Source of the DNA: an uncultured Candidatus Rokubacteria bacterium
GTDB taxonomy: Bacteria > Methylomirabilota > Methylomirabilia > Rokubacteriales > CSP1-6
Assembly (NCBI GenBank): GCA_963747235.1
Contig: CAVVEU010000013.1
Span: forward strand, 32,001-96,000
Direction of reading: 5' to 3'
DNA: 64,000 nt
This document shows, one piece after another, positions 43,582 to 54,301 of the stretch (the stretch's first letter is position 1; every line of letters starts with the position of its first letter). Made by a program: the position numbers and the translations under genes. The notes under the pieces are model-generated. The model saw nothing but the letters and a program-made list of their open reading frames with translations, was not told where the DNA came from and did not search any database.

Positions 43582-44012
43582 CAGGTCGGGTCGCCCGGCC
43601 GGGCCCGAAGCCCGCGCGCGACGAGCTTGCAGAACGTCTCCGGGGTAAAGAGTCGCGGGATGTCCCCCGCCCGCATCGGCGAGTGGAAGCGGTCGGCGGG
43701 GACCTCGCTGAGATACTCCCGCAGACGCTTCAGACCGACCTCGGTCAGGTAGCCCTTCTCCTCGAACACCGCCTCCGGGAGGTCTCCCCGCGCGTCCTCC
43801 ACGATCTTGCCGCGCGGGATCTTCACCTTGAAGGTCCGCTCGAGGCCGAAGATGATGTCGAGGAAATCGATCGATTCCGCGTTCAGGTCTTCGATCAGAG
43901 ACACGCTGAGCCCGACCTCCTCCGCCTCGCAGCCGAGCGCCTCCGCCATGATCTGGGCCACCTTCGGGTACACCGCCAGGATCTCTTCCCGCGTGATCTC
44001 CGCTGTCGTCAT
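43581..44012 (-). CDS. Elongated acyl carrier protein (AcpXL-like)
   Basis: 143 aa; phosphopantetheine site LIEDLNAESIDFLDIIFGLERTFKVKIP; long insertion before FTPETF. Confidence 0.88.
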   Translation of the reverse strand: MTTAEITREEILAVYPKVAQIMAEALGCEAEEVGLSVSLIEDLNAESIDFLDIIFGLERTFKVKIPRGKIVEDARGDLPEAVFEEKGYLTEVGLKRLREYLSEVPADRFHSPMRAGDIPRLFTPETFCKLVARGLRARPGDPT

Positions 44013-44021
44013 GTTGTCCTT

Positions 44022-44781
44022 TCATTCCATCTTGAAGCCGCCATCGACGTGGATGACCTCGCCGGTGATGTACTCGGCAAACCGGGAGGCGAGAAACCAG
44101 ACGGCATACGCGACCTCCACCGCCGTGCCGAACCGCCGGAGCAGGATGCGCGACGCGACCTCCTCGCCGGCGCCGTCGCGGATGGCCCGCGACATGTCGG
44201 TCTCGATGACTCCCGGGGCCACCGCGTTGACCGTGATCCGGCGCGGGGCCAGCTCGACGGCGAGGGCGCGGGTGAAGGCGTTGATCGCCCCCTTGCTGGC
44301 CGCGTAGTTCGTCTGCCCGCGCCCGCCCTTCTCGCCGGCCACCGAGCTGATGTTGATGATCTTGCCCGCGCGGCGGGCGATCATGTGCGGGACCACCGCG
44401 CGCGTCACGTTGAAGACGCCGCCGACATTGGTCTCGAGCACCGTCCGCACGTCGTCCTCACCGAGGAACCCCAGCAGGCCGTCGCGGACCACCCCCGCGT
44501 CGTTGACCAGCACGTCGATGCGCCCGCACCGCTCCGCGACCCGCTCCACCGCCAGGGCGCAGGCCTGGGCGTCGCGGACGTCCACCTGCTCGGCCGTGAT
44601 CGGCCGCCCGGTGGTCTGGCCGGTCGCGACCACCTCGGCGGCGGCCGCGGTGTTTTCGCGGAAGAGAAACGACACGTCCGCTCCCTCGGCGGCAGAGCAT
44701 CTCGACGATGGCCCGACCGATGCCACGGCTGCCGCCCGTCACGATGACCGCCTTGCCGGCCAGCCCGGAGTCCGTCAGCAT
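44022..44781 (-). CDS. fabG: 3-oxoacyl-ACP reductase (one frameshift near 44695)
   Basis: TGGSRGIG, GVVRD, GQTNYAASK, VNAVAPGVIETDM. Confidence 0.92.
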
Positions 44782-44788
44782 GCCCGAC

Positions 44789-45557
44789 TCAGCCCGCGAT
44801 GGAGAAGCCGCCGTCCACGACCAGCGTGTGGCCGGTGACCATGGCGGCCTCCGGCAGGCAGAGAAGGTAGACTGCCCCCGCGACGTCTTCCGACGGTGAG
44901 CGCTTTCCCGGCCGGCGCACGCTCCGCGAACGCGGACAGCAGGGCTTCCCGGTTGGGGAAGGAGCGCAGCGCGTCGGTGTCCACGACCCCCGCGCTCACC
45001 GCGTTCACCCGGATCCCTCGCGGTCCGAGCTCCTGCGCCAGGGTGCGCACCAGGGACTCGAGCGCGGCCTTGGACGCCCCGACGAAACCGTAGCCGGGAA
45101 TGGCGCGGTCGGCGCCCAGGCTCGAAAGGGCGACGATGCGGCCGCCCGCGGGCATGAGCGGGACGGCCCGCTGGGCCAGCAGCGCCAGTGCGAGGGCATT
45201 GGTCTCGAGGCACCAGCGCCAGTGCTTGAGCGACATCTCGAGCGCGGGCTTGAGCACGCCGGAGGCCGCGTTGCTCACGAGGATGTCGAGGTGGTCGAAG
45301 TTCTTGCGAAGCTCGGCGAAGAGCTCCGCCACGCTCTCCGGATTTCCGACGTTGGCCTGGATGGCGCAGGCCCGGCGGCCCGCGGCCCGGACCGCCGCGC
45401 AGACGGCCGCCGCCTCGTCGTGGCTGTTGTAGTAGTTGACGGCCACGTCGCAGCCCGCCGCGGCCAGCTTCAGCGCGATGGCGCGCCCGATGCCCCGGGT
45501 TGCCCCGGTGACCAGTGCGATCCTTCCGCCCAGGGGGGCCGGTCCCTGGGCGCTCAC
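44789..45557 (-). CDS. Enoyl-ACP reductase, FabL-like SDR (frameshift near 44890)
   Basis: TGATRGIG, VSNAASGV, YGFVGASKAALE (Yx6K as in FabL), VSAGVVDTDAL. Confidence 0.85.
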
Positions 45558-46696
45558 GCGGCTTCCTCCCATCCGGTCGTCTTGATGCCGACGACGAAGA
45601 CCACCGCCGCGAACGCTCCGATCATCGCGGCGTCCCGCAGCGCCGCGCCGTGGTCGACGAGGACCATGGCGGCCCGGAGACCCTGGTTGACGTAGTAGAG
45701 CGGCAGGATCCTCGCGATGGTCTGCAGGAAGTCCGGCATCAGCTCGAGGGGGAAGAAGCTGCCCGAGAGGAACATCATCGGGAACATGATGAAGTTGGCC
45801 GCCGCCGCCGCGCTCTCCGCCTCGTGCGCGACGCGGGTGAGTATCATCCCGATTCCGCCGAACGCGAAGACCTCGAGCCCGATGAACACGAAGAGCCAAC
45901 CGTCTACCTTCAGTCGAACGCTGAACACGGCGTAGCTGACCGCCAGGATCGCCATCGTGGATATGACGGCGAGAATGAACTGGTACAGGATGTTCGACAG
46001 GATCCAGTCGGTACGGGTGATGGGCGTGGTGGATAGCTTCCGGATGACGCCCGTCTGCCGGAGCTCTGCGTTCATGGTGACCGCGCCGGACAAACTCGAC
46101 GTCATCACCGACATCGCGATGATGCCCGGGACGAAGAACTCGATGAACCGATAAGCCTTCGTGAGGGTGGATGTCTCGGTCGCCCTGATGAACGGTGGCT
46201 GCCCGGACATCCCCTGGTTCACCATCGCGAACCCGGCCTTGAGGATCTGGATCTTGGTGGATGTCGAGCTTGCGCTTGCGTCGTAGATGTACGTGAGCGT
46301 CACCGACGCGTTCGGGTCGCGGAATGCCGCATTCGGGATCCCGCCGAGCAACCCGAGCCTCCGCGCGAGCGCCCTCTCGTAGCCCTTGGGAATCACGAGG
46401 ACGAGGTCCACCTTGTTGCCCTTGGCGTACTGCATGGCGTCGATGGCCGGGTCGACGGCGGTGATCCTGATCTTCCCTTCGAATTCGAGGCCCTTGACGA
46501 GCTGTTCGGATGAATGCGTCTGGTCGAGGTCCTGCACGTGAAGACCGAAGCTCACATTGTCCTGATTCAGGAAAATCGTACCGAAGACGAGGATCAGGAT
46601 GATCGGGAACGCGATCGTGAAGAACATCGTCGACTTCTCGCGGGAGAATGTCTTGATGCTCACGACGAGATTTGCCCCGATGATGCCCGGACTCAT
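45554..46696 (-). CDS. ABC-2 type exporter permease
   Basis: FFVPGIIAM, PMMFLSGSFFP..MP..LPL motifs; N-terminal TM plus periplasmic loop. Confidence 0.93.
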   Translation of the reverse strand: MSPGIIGANLVVSIKTFSREKSTMFFTIAFPIILILVFGTIFLNQDNVSFGLHVQDLDQTHSSEQLVKGLEFEGKIRITAVDPAIDAMQYAKGNKVDLVLVIPKGYERALARRLGLLGGIPNAAFRDPNASVTLTYIYDASASSTSTKIQILKAGFAMVNQGMSGQPPFIRATETSTLTKAYRFIEFFVPGIIAMSVMTSSLSGAVTMNAELRQTGVIRKLSTTPITRTDWILSNILYQFILAVISTMAILAVSYAVFSVRLKVDGWLFVFIGLEVFAFGGIGMILTRVAHEAESAAAAANFIMFPMMFLSGSFFPLELMPDFLQTIARILPLYYVNQGLRAAMVLVDHGAALRDAAMIGAFAAVVFVVGIKTTGWEEAA

Positions 46697-47638
46697 CCCG
46701 GCACCTCCTCGACCGGACCTTCCCGGAGCGCCTCGCCGGTGAGCTTCAGGAAGACCGCTTCGAGGTTGGGCTTGCGAACGTCCACGCCGAGGGATGAGGC
46801 CCCCGCCTCCTTCAGGGCGCTCAGGATCCTCTGGATGTCGTCCGGATGCTCCACCCTGACCTTGATGCTCTCTTGATTGTCCCGGACCGGGTCGAAGCCC
46901 ATCCTATGGATGATCTCGAAGGGGGCCGCATCGATGGCCTTGAGCGTGAGAACCAGGTAGTTCGCGTTTCGTTCTATGAGCTCGTCGGAAGAGCCCATCG
47001 CGACGATCTTCCCATTCGAGATGATTGCGACCGTGTCGGCAAGAAGCTCGGCTTCCTCCATGTAGTGCGTGGTGAGGAACACCGTCTTCCCGTGCCTCTT
47101 CAGGCTCAGCAGGACTCGCCACACCTCGCGCCTTGCCCGCGGGTCGAGCCCGGTCGTCGGCTCGTCGAGGAACACGACCTCGGGGTCGTTCACGAGTGCG
47201 ATGGCGATTCCGAGCCGCTGCTTCAGGCCCCCGGAGTAGGTTCTTGAACTGTTCGTCGCGCTTGTCGTTGAGATTCGCGAGCTCTATCAGCCTGTCGGCA
47301 TCGGTATTCCGACAGCCAAAAAGCCGTGCGTAGTACTGGATGGTCTCCCGGACCGTGATCCGGTCGAACGAGCTGAACCCCTGCGTGAGGACGCCGATGC
47401 GGGGAAGGATGTCACGCTTCCGCGTCGCGACATCCATCCCGAGCAGGCGCACGTTCCCCGACGTGGGCGTGCGGATTGTCTCGATGATTTCGACGGTTGT
47501 CGTCTTGCCGGCGCCGTTCGGGCCGAGGAACGCGAATACTTCGCCGGTTCTGACATGGAACGATATGTCGTTGACCGCCAGTAGATCTCCGTAGCGTTTC
47601 GTCAGTCTCTCGACCTCGATCGCGTGTTGGAGCGCCAC
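46693..47638 (-). CDS. ABC-2 type exporter ATP-binding protein (frameshift near 47235)
   Basis: GPNGAGKTT, SGGLKQR, FLDEPTTGLDP, TTHYMEEA. Confidence 0.93.
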
Positions 47639-48936
47639 TATGGGGCTCGGCCCACGACCACGCAGGCGTTGAGTCCGCCGAAGCCGAACGAATTCGACAT
47701 CGCGACCTCGATGTCGTACGGGCGCGCCAGATGGGGCACGAAGTCCAGGCCAAATCCGGGCTCCGGTTCGTCGAGGTTGATCGTCGGGTGCAGGTAACCA
47801 TCGTGCATCTGCACGAGGAGAGCCACCAGCTCGACCAGACCCGCCGCGGTCAGACAATGCCCGAGCATGGACTTGGTCGCGTTGATCGGGATGCGGTAGG
47901 CATGATCGCCGAAGACCTGCTTGATCGCCTCGACCTCGGCGGCATCCGCGAGGACCGTCGAGGTTCCGTGGGCATTGATGTAGTTGACCTGCTCGGGTGT
48001 GACGCCCGCATCGCACAGAGCGGCGCGCATGATCCGTACCTGGCCTTCGACGACCGGCTTGGGCAGCCGCGTCGCATCACAGGTCGACACGCCGCCCAGC
48101 AGCTCAGCGTGGATCCGGGCGTCGCGCGCCCGCGCGCCCGCGAGGGTCTCGAGGATGACCGCGCCGGCGCCCTCGCCGGGCACGAATCCCTGGCGCCGGG
48201 CGTCGAAGGGCCGGCTGGCCTGGGTCGGGGCGTCGGCGAAAGACTGCCACACGAGCGCATTCATCAGCGCCCAACCCTGCAGCGTGACCGGGTCCAGCTC
48301 CTGGGTGGCGGCCGAGACCACCACCGCGTCCGCGCGGCCCGCGCGCAGGAGGTCGACCGCGCAGAGGAGTGCCGCGTTGCCGCTCGCGCAGGCATTGCCC
48401 ACCATGTAGTTGGGGCCCTTGATGGTCAGCATCTCCCCGAGCTTACCAAGCACGTCGGTGTCCCAGAACACCATCCCCAGGCGGGGATCGATGGAGTCGG
48501 GGTCCTGGTCGAAGGCGCGGACGTTCTGCACAAAGTAGTTGTTGTTGAGATTGTTGCCGCCGGCCACGTGCCCGAGCCGCTCGGGGTCGAGCCCGGTCGC
48601 GTGCAGCCCGGCATCGATATAGGCCTGCAGGGCCGCGGCGCCAGCCAGCCGCCCCGTCAGAGGCGTCGCGCGCAGGACCTTGCGTGCGCGTGTGATCATC
48701 TCAGGGGGATAGCCCGCCCCGACGCGCTCGAAGTGCTCGCCCAGGTCGAACTCACACATGTCGCCGCCGATCTTGGACAGAGTGCGTTCGTCCATGTGCT
48801 TCCAGCGGGTGATTCCGGAACGTCCCGCCCGAAGGGAGGCGCTGAGCTCGGCAGGGGTCTCCCCGATCGGGGTCACGACACCCGTACCTGTCATGACCAC
48901 GCGTCGCATGTCATCGCCCCGACCGTTGGCGCTCAT
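47638..48936 (-). CDS. Beta-ketoacyl-ACP synthase (third KAS, intact Cys-His-His); start 48909-48948
   Basis: RVVMTGTG, GNACASG, SRPFD, NAHGTST, KSMLGHCL, SNSFGFGG. Confidence 0.93.
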   Translation of the reverse strand: MSANGRGDDMRRVVMTGTGVVTPIGETPAELSASLRAGRSGITRWKHMDERTLSKIGGDMCEFDLGEHFERVGAGYPPEMITRARKVLRATPLTGRLAGAAALQAYIDAGLHATGLDPERLGHVAGGNNLNNNYFVQNVRAFDQDPDSIDPRLGMVFWDTDVLGKLGEMLTIKGPNYMVGNACASGNAALLCAVDLLRAGRADAVVVSAATQELDPVTLQGWALMNALVWQSFADAPTQASRPFDARRQGFVPGEGAGAVILETLAGARARDARIHAELLGGVSTCDATRLPKPVVEGQVRIMRAALCDAGVTPEQVNYINAHGTSTVLADAAEVEAIKQVFGDHAYRIPINATKSMLGHCLTAAGLVELVALLVQMHDGYLHPTINLDEPEPGFGLDFVPHLARPYDIEVAMSNSFGFGGLNACVVVGRAP

Positions 48937-48959
48937 GTCAAAGTTCACTCTCTATCACC

Positions 48960-49985
48960 TCGCCGCATCGGCTGGCAACCTGTATCTGCCGGAGCGCGCA
49001 TCGCCGGCGCCCAATCTAGAGCGCAGCCGCGTCGAGAAGCCGGGCGGCAGACCTGTCCGATTCGGAAGGCCGCCGAGCCGTTCTGAACTGGCATCAGCCG
49101 GCGCAGCTCGTCCAGGTCGAAGTCCGAGTAGGTCTCCTTGCCCAGGGCAAGGCCCACGAAGGCCGTCGACGAGAATCGAGTGACCAGGACATCGCAGTTC
49201 GCGATCATCTCTTCCGCGCTGCCAGTCGTGAACACCATGGCGCCCGGCGCGTGCCGGGAGATCTCTCGGGTGGCGCGCTCGATATTCTCGTTCGGGTGAA
49301 GCTTGAAGATGAGGCGCCGGTGGCCGGCGAGCTCGACCGCTCTCCGGATGAAGGCCTTGCGATCCTCGCGCCGGAAGATCTCCCTCAGCGGCGACGTGCA
49401 CGCCCAGCACATACTGTCGATAAGGGAAGTCGTTGCGGTAGTATCGACGGCAGTCGTCGAAATTGGGTATGCCCGTCACGACGATCTTCTCGGGGCGCAC
49501 GCCTTTTCTGATGAAGAGATCGCGATATCCTTCGCTCGCGACGCAGAAGGCCCGGTACGCGTCGCTGAGGCCCGGTCGTCGACGTTCCCGCCAGCCAGAG
49601 AGGAAGGAACCGGAGGCGCTTGACGAGATGAACACGCTGGATTCCGGGTAGTGATGCCCTCTTGAACCGGCGCCGATCCGGGTGTCACGGATGCTTCGGA
49701 AGGAACAGGTCCGGCGGGTGACCACCAGGTGGTAGGGCCGCTTCTTCGCCCTGGTAATCGAATGGGAGGTCCATGATCCCGCGGATCGCCCGGCAGCGTC
49801 CCGCCACTTGCTCGCACGATCGTGGAGTTCGATGATACCCAGCTTGCGGAAGGATCTCGGTCGGCATCGTCGTGTTCTGCGGCGAGAAGGATTGTTCGTT
49901 GCTCGGACAGGTCCTTCGGAGTGTTCGTGCATCTGGGTTGTCGGTTCATCAAGCCGCCGAAATCGACCGAGTTTCGTCTTCTCGC
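48960..49985 (-). CDS. GT-B fold glycosyltransferase/epimerase-like protein (heavily frameshifted; ends approximate)
   Basis: TTQMH near N-terminus; FCVASEGYRD..GVRPEKIVVTGIPNFD, IFKLHPNE, IANCDVLVTRFSST..LALGK. Confidence 0.6.
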
Positions 49986-49989
49986 GACG

Positions 49990-50945
49990 CCACCCATTGT
50001 CTGGATCCACTTCACGTCGCTGTTGCTGCCCTTCCTCGACCCGACCCGCGGGACGATCCCGGGCTACCTATACGCTTTGCCCGTCTCGGCGGGCCATCTG
50101 CGACAGCGTGCCGGACCTTCCCCTCGCGGGGAGTCGGCCCGTCGCTCCAGTGAGCCGCGCACGGTATCCGCGCATGGGGCCGGGCGAGGAGAGTCGGCAC
50201 GCGGATCCGCGACGGTGTTCGGTGTATTTCCCAGGGCCTCGCCCCAGGCCATCCGCCACCTGCTCCCAGGTCGAGGCCCTCGCTGGCCGCGTGGAAGATC
50301 TGGCCGGAGGGAACCTACACCTCGCCGCGGTCGAGCGCGATCAGCAGATCCTGCGACGTAGCAGAGGCTGGTCCGCGACGGGCCGGCGGCATTCAAAGAC
50401 CTCGTCGCGCCGCGGCGACCGCTGGGCGCCAGCGATTGCTCGCGGACCGTACACGGAGGACAGAGACGAGCACGGTCAGCGTGCACGCGAATCCCGTTGC
50501 CCGAGGACGCTGCTTCACCCTGCGGCTTGCTTCCTCCCCGTAGGGGAGACCCGGGCGGGGCGGAACATCCTCGGCACACGCCGTAGCCCTCGACCTGGGC
50601 CCCGCCGCAGCGAGGCTGCTCGGGTGGACGAGGCGGCGTGCGACCCCAGTTTCCAGGCGCCGCGTCGCCCAGATGTCACCCCCTCAGCATTGACGCGGAG
50701 AGCCCCGTGTCCCGCGGCCGCGTCGACCCCGGCCACATGGTCGACCTGGTCGACTCCACGCATGCCCTGCAGGAGGGATGCGGGCTTTCATCCATGTTCC
50801 CTGGACGAGATCATCGCCGACGAAAGCCCCGGGATCCAGCCGAGGCCCGGTGTCCCTGACGGGACAGCGACATGGCCCTGGGCGAGTTGAGCGCCCTCCA
50901 CGAGGATCGCCCCGATGAATCCAGTACCGCCGGTCACCAGAGGCC
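49990..50945 (-). pseudogene. NAD-dependent epimerase/dehydratase (extended SDR; CerR-like), badly corrupted reading frame
   Basis: LVTGGTGFIG at 50940, HVAGV, VNAEG, PVSPYG.SK (YxxxK) near 50540, VYGPR near 50450, EEG..W..NGW near 50000. Confidence 0.65.
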
Positions 50946-50962
50946 CCCGGCGCCGCTCCTCT

Positions 50963-52099
50963 CGGAAGTGGCTTCTCATAAATCCTATAGGTTTTTGATC
51001 TCCGGGCACCCATCTTCGTCAGCAGGGAATTGGCCGCCGTGTTGCTTTCGAGAATCCAGGACAGCTCACACTTCCGGTAGTTCTGGTTTCGCTTCGCGGC
51101 ATCGTATGTACGACAGCACAAGACGGCCTCGATGCCTCTCATGCGGTGCTTTTTCAAGACGCCCAAGACGGGCATGCGCCAGGAGTTGATCTTCCGCCGA
51201 TGCCAGAGCAACTTCAGCAAACCCAAAGGGAACAAACGGCCGCCCGCCTTCTTCAGGGCCTGGTTCATATCGGGAAGCACCAGAGACATACCGGCCGGCT
51301 CGCCGTCGTACTCGGCGATGAAGGACAGATCCCTGTCAAAAATCAATTTGAACTCACCGACAATATGATCGAACTCTTCTTCCGTCAGCGGCACGGCGCC
51401 CCAGTTCTCGGACCAGGCCTCCGTGTAGATCTTCTTGATCCTGTCCCTTTCATTCTTGAAATCTCTCACATCCATCGTACGGACGACGAGTTTGGGGTCC
51501 TCAAGCACAAAGCCGGCAATGTCGCGCAACCTCTTCGGGAAACCCTCGCTCTCGAACATTGCATAGGCGTACAGGTCCTGGATCTTCCGCAAGCCGTATC
51601 CTTCGATCAGGCCGGCATAGTACGGGGGATTATAGGTCATCCGGATGAATGGCGGCTCGTCGAAGGGATCGATGAGCAATCCGACTTCATGATTCACGGA
51701 AAAGCTCATGGGCCCCCTCATCGTCTCGAGCCCGCGCCCCCTCAGCCAGCTCGCGGCTGCATCAAACAGCGCATTGGCAACCGGTTGGTCATTGACACAT
51801 TCGAAGAAGCCGAAGAATCCGGCGCCGTCTTTGTGGACCTGAGTGTGCTGTGTGTTCTCATGGGCTGAGATTCGTCCGACTGGCTCTTCGCCCCGAAACG
51901 CCATGAAGAGCTGCGCTTTCGAATGCGAAAGGTAGAGATTCTTTCCAGGGTGAGAATTGACGCTGGTCGAAGATCAGGGGTGGGACCCAGTTGGGATCAT
52001 CCTGGTAAATCGTCCAGGGGAACTCTTAATGAATTTCCCGAGCTGCCGTCTGTTCCCCAATTCAATAGGGTGTATCGAGACGGGGGGCGAGCCTGCCAT
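50963..52099 (-). CDS. GNAT-fold N-acyltransferase of the YghO/bacterial ceramide synthase (bCerS) type (5' frameshifts; stop uncertain)
   Basis: GGAGG RBS; FIKFPW.IY.DDPNWVPPL, GRISA, GFFGFFEC, RGP.SFSVN.EVGLLI, YNPPYY, ENWG.VP, PDMNQAL, ELSWILE.N, KTYRIY. Confidence 0.85.
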
Positions 52100-52199
52100 G
52101 CCTGCGCCTCCTCCGGATGACGTTATCACTCCCCGCGGGTCGTCTCGCGGGATGGGTCTCGGCCCTCGAAGGGCGGGAGCCCTCTGCGAGGTGTAGCGG

Positions 52200-53078
52200 A
52201 AGCCGGACGATCGACGACGTGGGGTCGTATCGATGCGATCGTCACTGTTCCAGGCCAGGTACCACTCCGTGACATCACTCCCGATTCCTAATTGGGCAAG
52301 CTGGCGCAGATCCGCTTCCAGAACGTCGGGCGTGCTGTACTCCAGTATGCGGTATTGGGGATCCGTCCAGACACGCCGCGTCCGACCCAAAATCTTCGTT
52401 TCCGGCGGCACGGTGAGGCGAATGCGGTGGATCAGGTTGATGCCCGCCAGCGCCGCTGTTTCTGTCACCATATCGGTGCAGTTGTTGCTCCTCAAGCCGA
52501 ACTGGTCGTACTTCCGCTGCATCACGTATTCATGGATCAATTGATGCCGTCGCCGGGTAATCGGCATTCGCCAGACGAACGTGGGGGGGCGATTGGGCTT
52601 GCCGATCTGGAATTGGCCATCGGACATCGTCTGCCACAGATAAGCGATAGGATTGGGATCCCCGTCCCGGATTCTCTGAAACACGCCGTCATGGTAACGC
52701 GGCTTCGTTTGCCCGAAGTCGCCGGTGTGGCCGAATTCCAGACGATCCTGGGGACTTTCCAGGATGAGCCAACTATGCGCCCACGGACGCTGCCAAATTG
52801 AGAAGAGAAGCGACGTCGTACTGCTGTAGTCCCAATTGGCAGCTTCGTTCAGGATATAGAGGTAATATCCCTCGTCCCCCACGGGCGTTCTGGTGGCGGG
52901 ATCCAGGTCGGCATCGGGGGCAAAACGGCACGCGATCGCGATGGGCTGAGCACTCCAGCCATCGGGTTGCATCGGAGCGTAGAGCCGGTGGGCACATCCA
53001 GCCGCAACCCCCGCCAGCAATATCATCACCACGAGGAGACACGCTCGATATATCCGTTCGGGTCACTGTCCGATGCAT
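52200..53078 (-). CDS. Putative lipoprotein with permuted papain-like His...Cys motifs (ends approximate)
   Basis: Lipobox-like VAAGC; WAHSWL, EFGH, Y.....NNCTD. Confidence 0.6.
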
Positions 53079-54235
53079 CACGTGGTCTCGCTCTGCGGCA
53101 GTACAGCCGGGGCGGCGAGGGGGGGACGACGGGCCAGAACCCGATGTATCTGAGGACCTCCTGATCACCGCCGGTTGCTCGAAAAGAAAACGGTCATACA
53201 CGGCCGGCGGTGCTTGAATAAAATAAGGCTCGGGATAAACGTCGCACCCATATGCGCTTTGGTCTTTCTCCGCGCCCTGGCCCGCCTGGTAGACAGGGAT
53301 CTTTTTGCTCCACGCAGGTGCGGAGATTTTCAAGCCACGACAAAACATAAAGGTTGTATTTGCGGCCGAGCTCGTAATCCATGCAGAAATATTTATCCAC
53401 CATCGCTTCCTGTTTACGACGAGAAGGTTGAAAGCGGCGAGTTCTTCCTGCACAAAATAGAGCATGTACTCGGCGCCCGGGACTCTCTCACAGATTTTTT
53501 CAAGAAATAAACGGTTGTGCACGCCAAACGCCAGGGGACCTCGCTTCACGGTTTCCAGATAAAGCTTGTAGATCCTGTCCAGAAAAGGAGAAATATTGCG
53601 GCTTCGAACCACCCTGACTTCGTGGGAGACACGCATTTTGCGGCGCAGGTCCTTTCTCGCGGCCCTTGAAAGGCGGCTTAGGTATTCCTCCAGGCTGTTA
53701 AAAGTGATCGGCAGTCGGGCGCAAGGCAGACATGGCACCCGGTTGAACTGTTGAAGACTTCCCCGGGGAGTTTGCCGTGATGATTAAAGTTGTAGAACGC
53801 CACGATGTCGCTCTTACGTTCGGTCGCGAGCGTTTGCAAGGCGTCCAAGGCCATTTTCCATGCCGCCTCGAGGGTGCCTGGATCGAGGTGAGGATCGATC
53901 CCGATTTCACTCCATTCCCCGACCAACAACCCCACGCCTAGTACGCGAGGATGAAAAATTGAGGGGATGAGACGGACTGCCGCTTTCAGCGATTTCTTGA
54001 TCCATCCCTCCGCAAAAGTGGACAGATCAAAACGGCTTTCAAACAACGGCAACAAGAGAATAGGAACATCATCTTTTGACACCACGATACTCCGCAGGTT
54101 AAAACCGTCAATACCTGATTCCTGCAACAGAGAAAGAAGGGGGGCGGTGCTAGAAGGCTCCGGGAAAAGCCGCCGTAGTGCGGCCGACGGTACTCCGTCT
54201 AACCGCGGCAGGCATTGGCAGGTAAGGTTATTCAT
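53078..54235 (-). CDS. GNAT/FemAB-like (BioF2 N-terminal-type) acyltransferase (frameshifted)
   Basis: FNSLEEYLSRLSRAARKDLRRK, LYLETV, AAFNL, DKYFCMDYE..YNLY, YQAGQG. Confidence 0.75.
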
Positions 54236-54301
54236 GGCGTGTCGGTCGTGATCATCGACAAGGGTTCGCTTCGTCCCGTGCCGGGACTCCCGTGCTGGAC
54301 A

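Noticed and set aside
39750-48936. Ladderane, aryl-polyene or beta-branching (PksF/HMG-CoA synthase) cluster
   Set aside because: No radical-SAM or desaturase genes, no HMG-CoA synthase or enoyl-CoA hydratases, and an enoyl reductase is present, which argues for a saturated chain.
51974-53032. ORF joining the lipoprotein to the N-terminus of the bCerS-like gene
   Set aside because: A strong GGAGG RBS and ATG at 52099 mark a separate gene; read-through is probably due to an indel near the lipoprotein stop.
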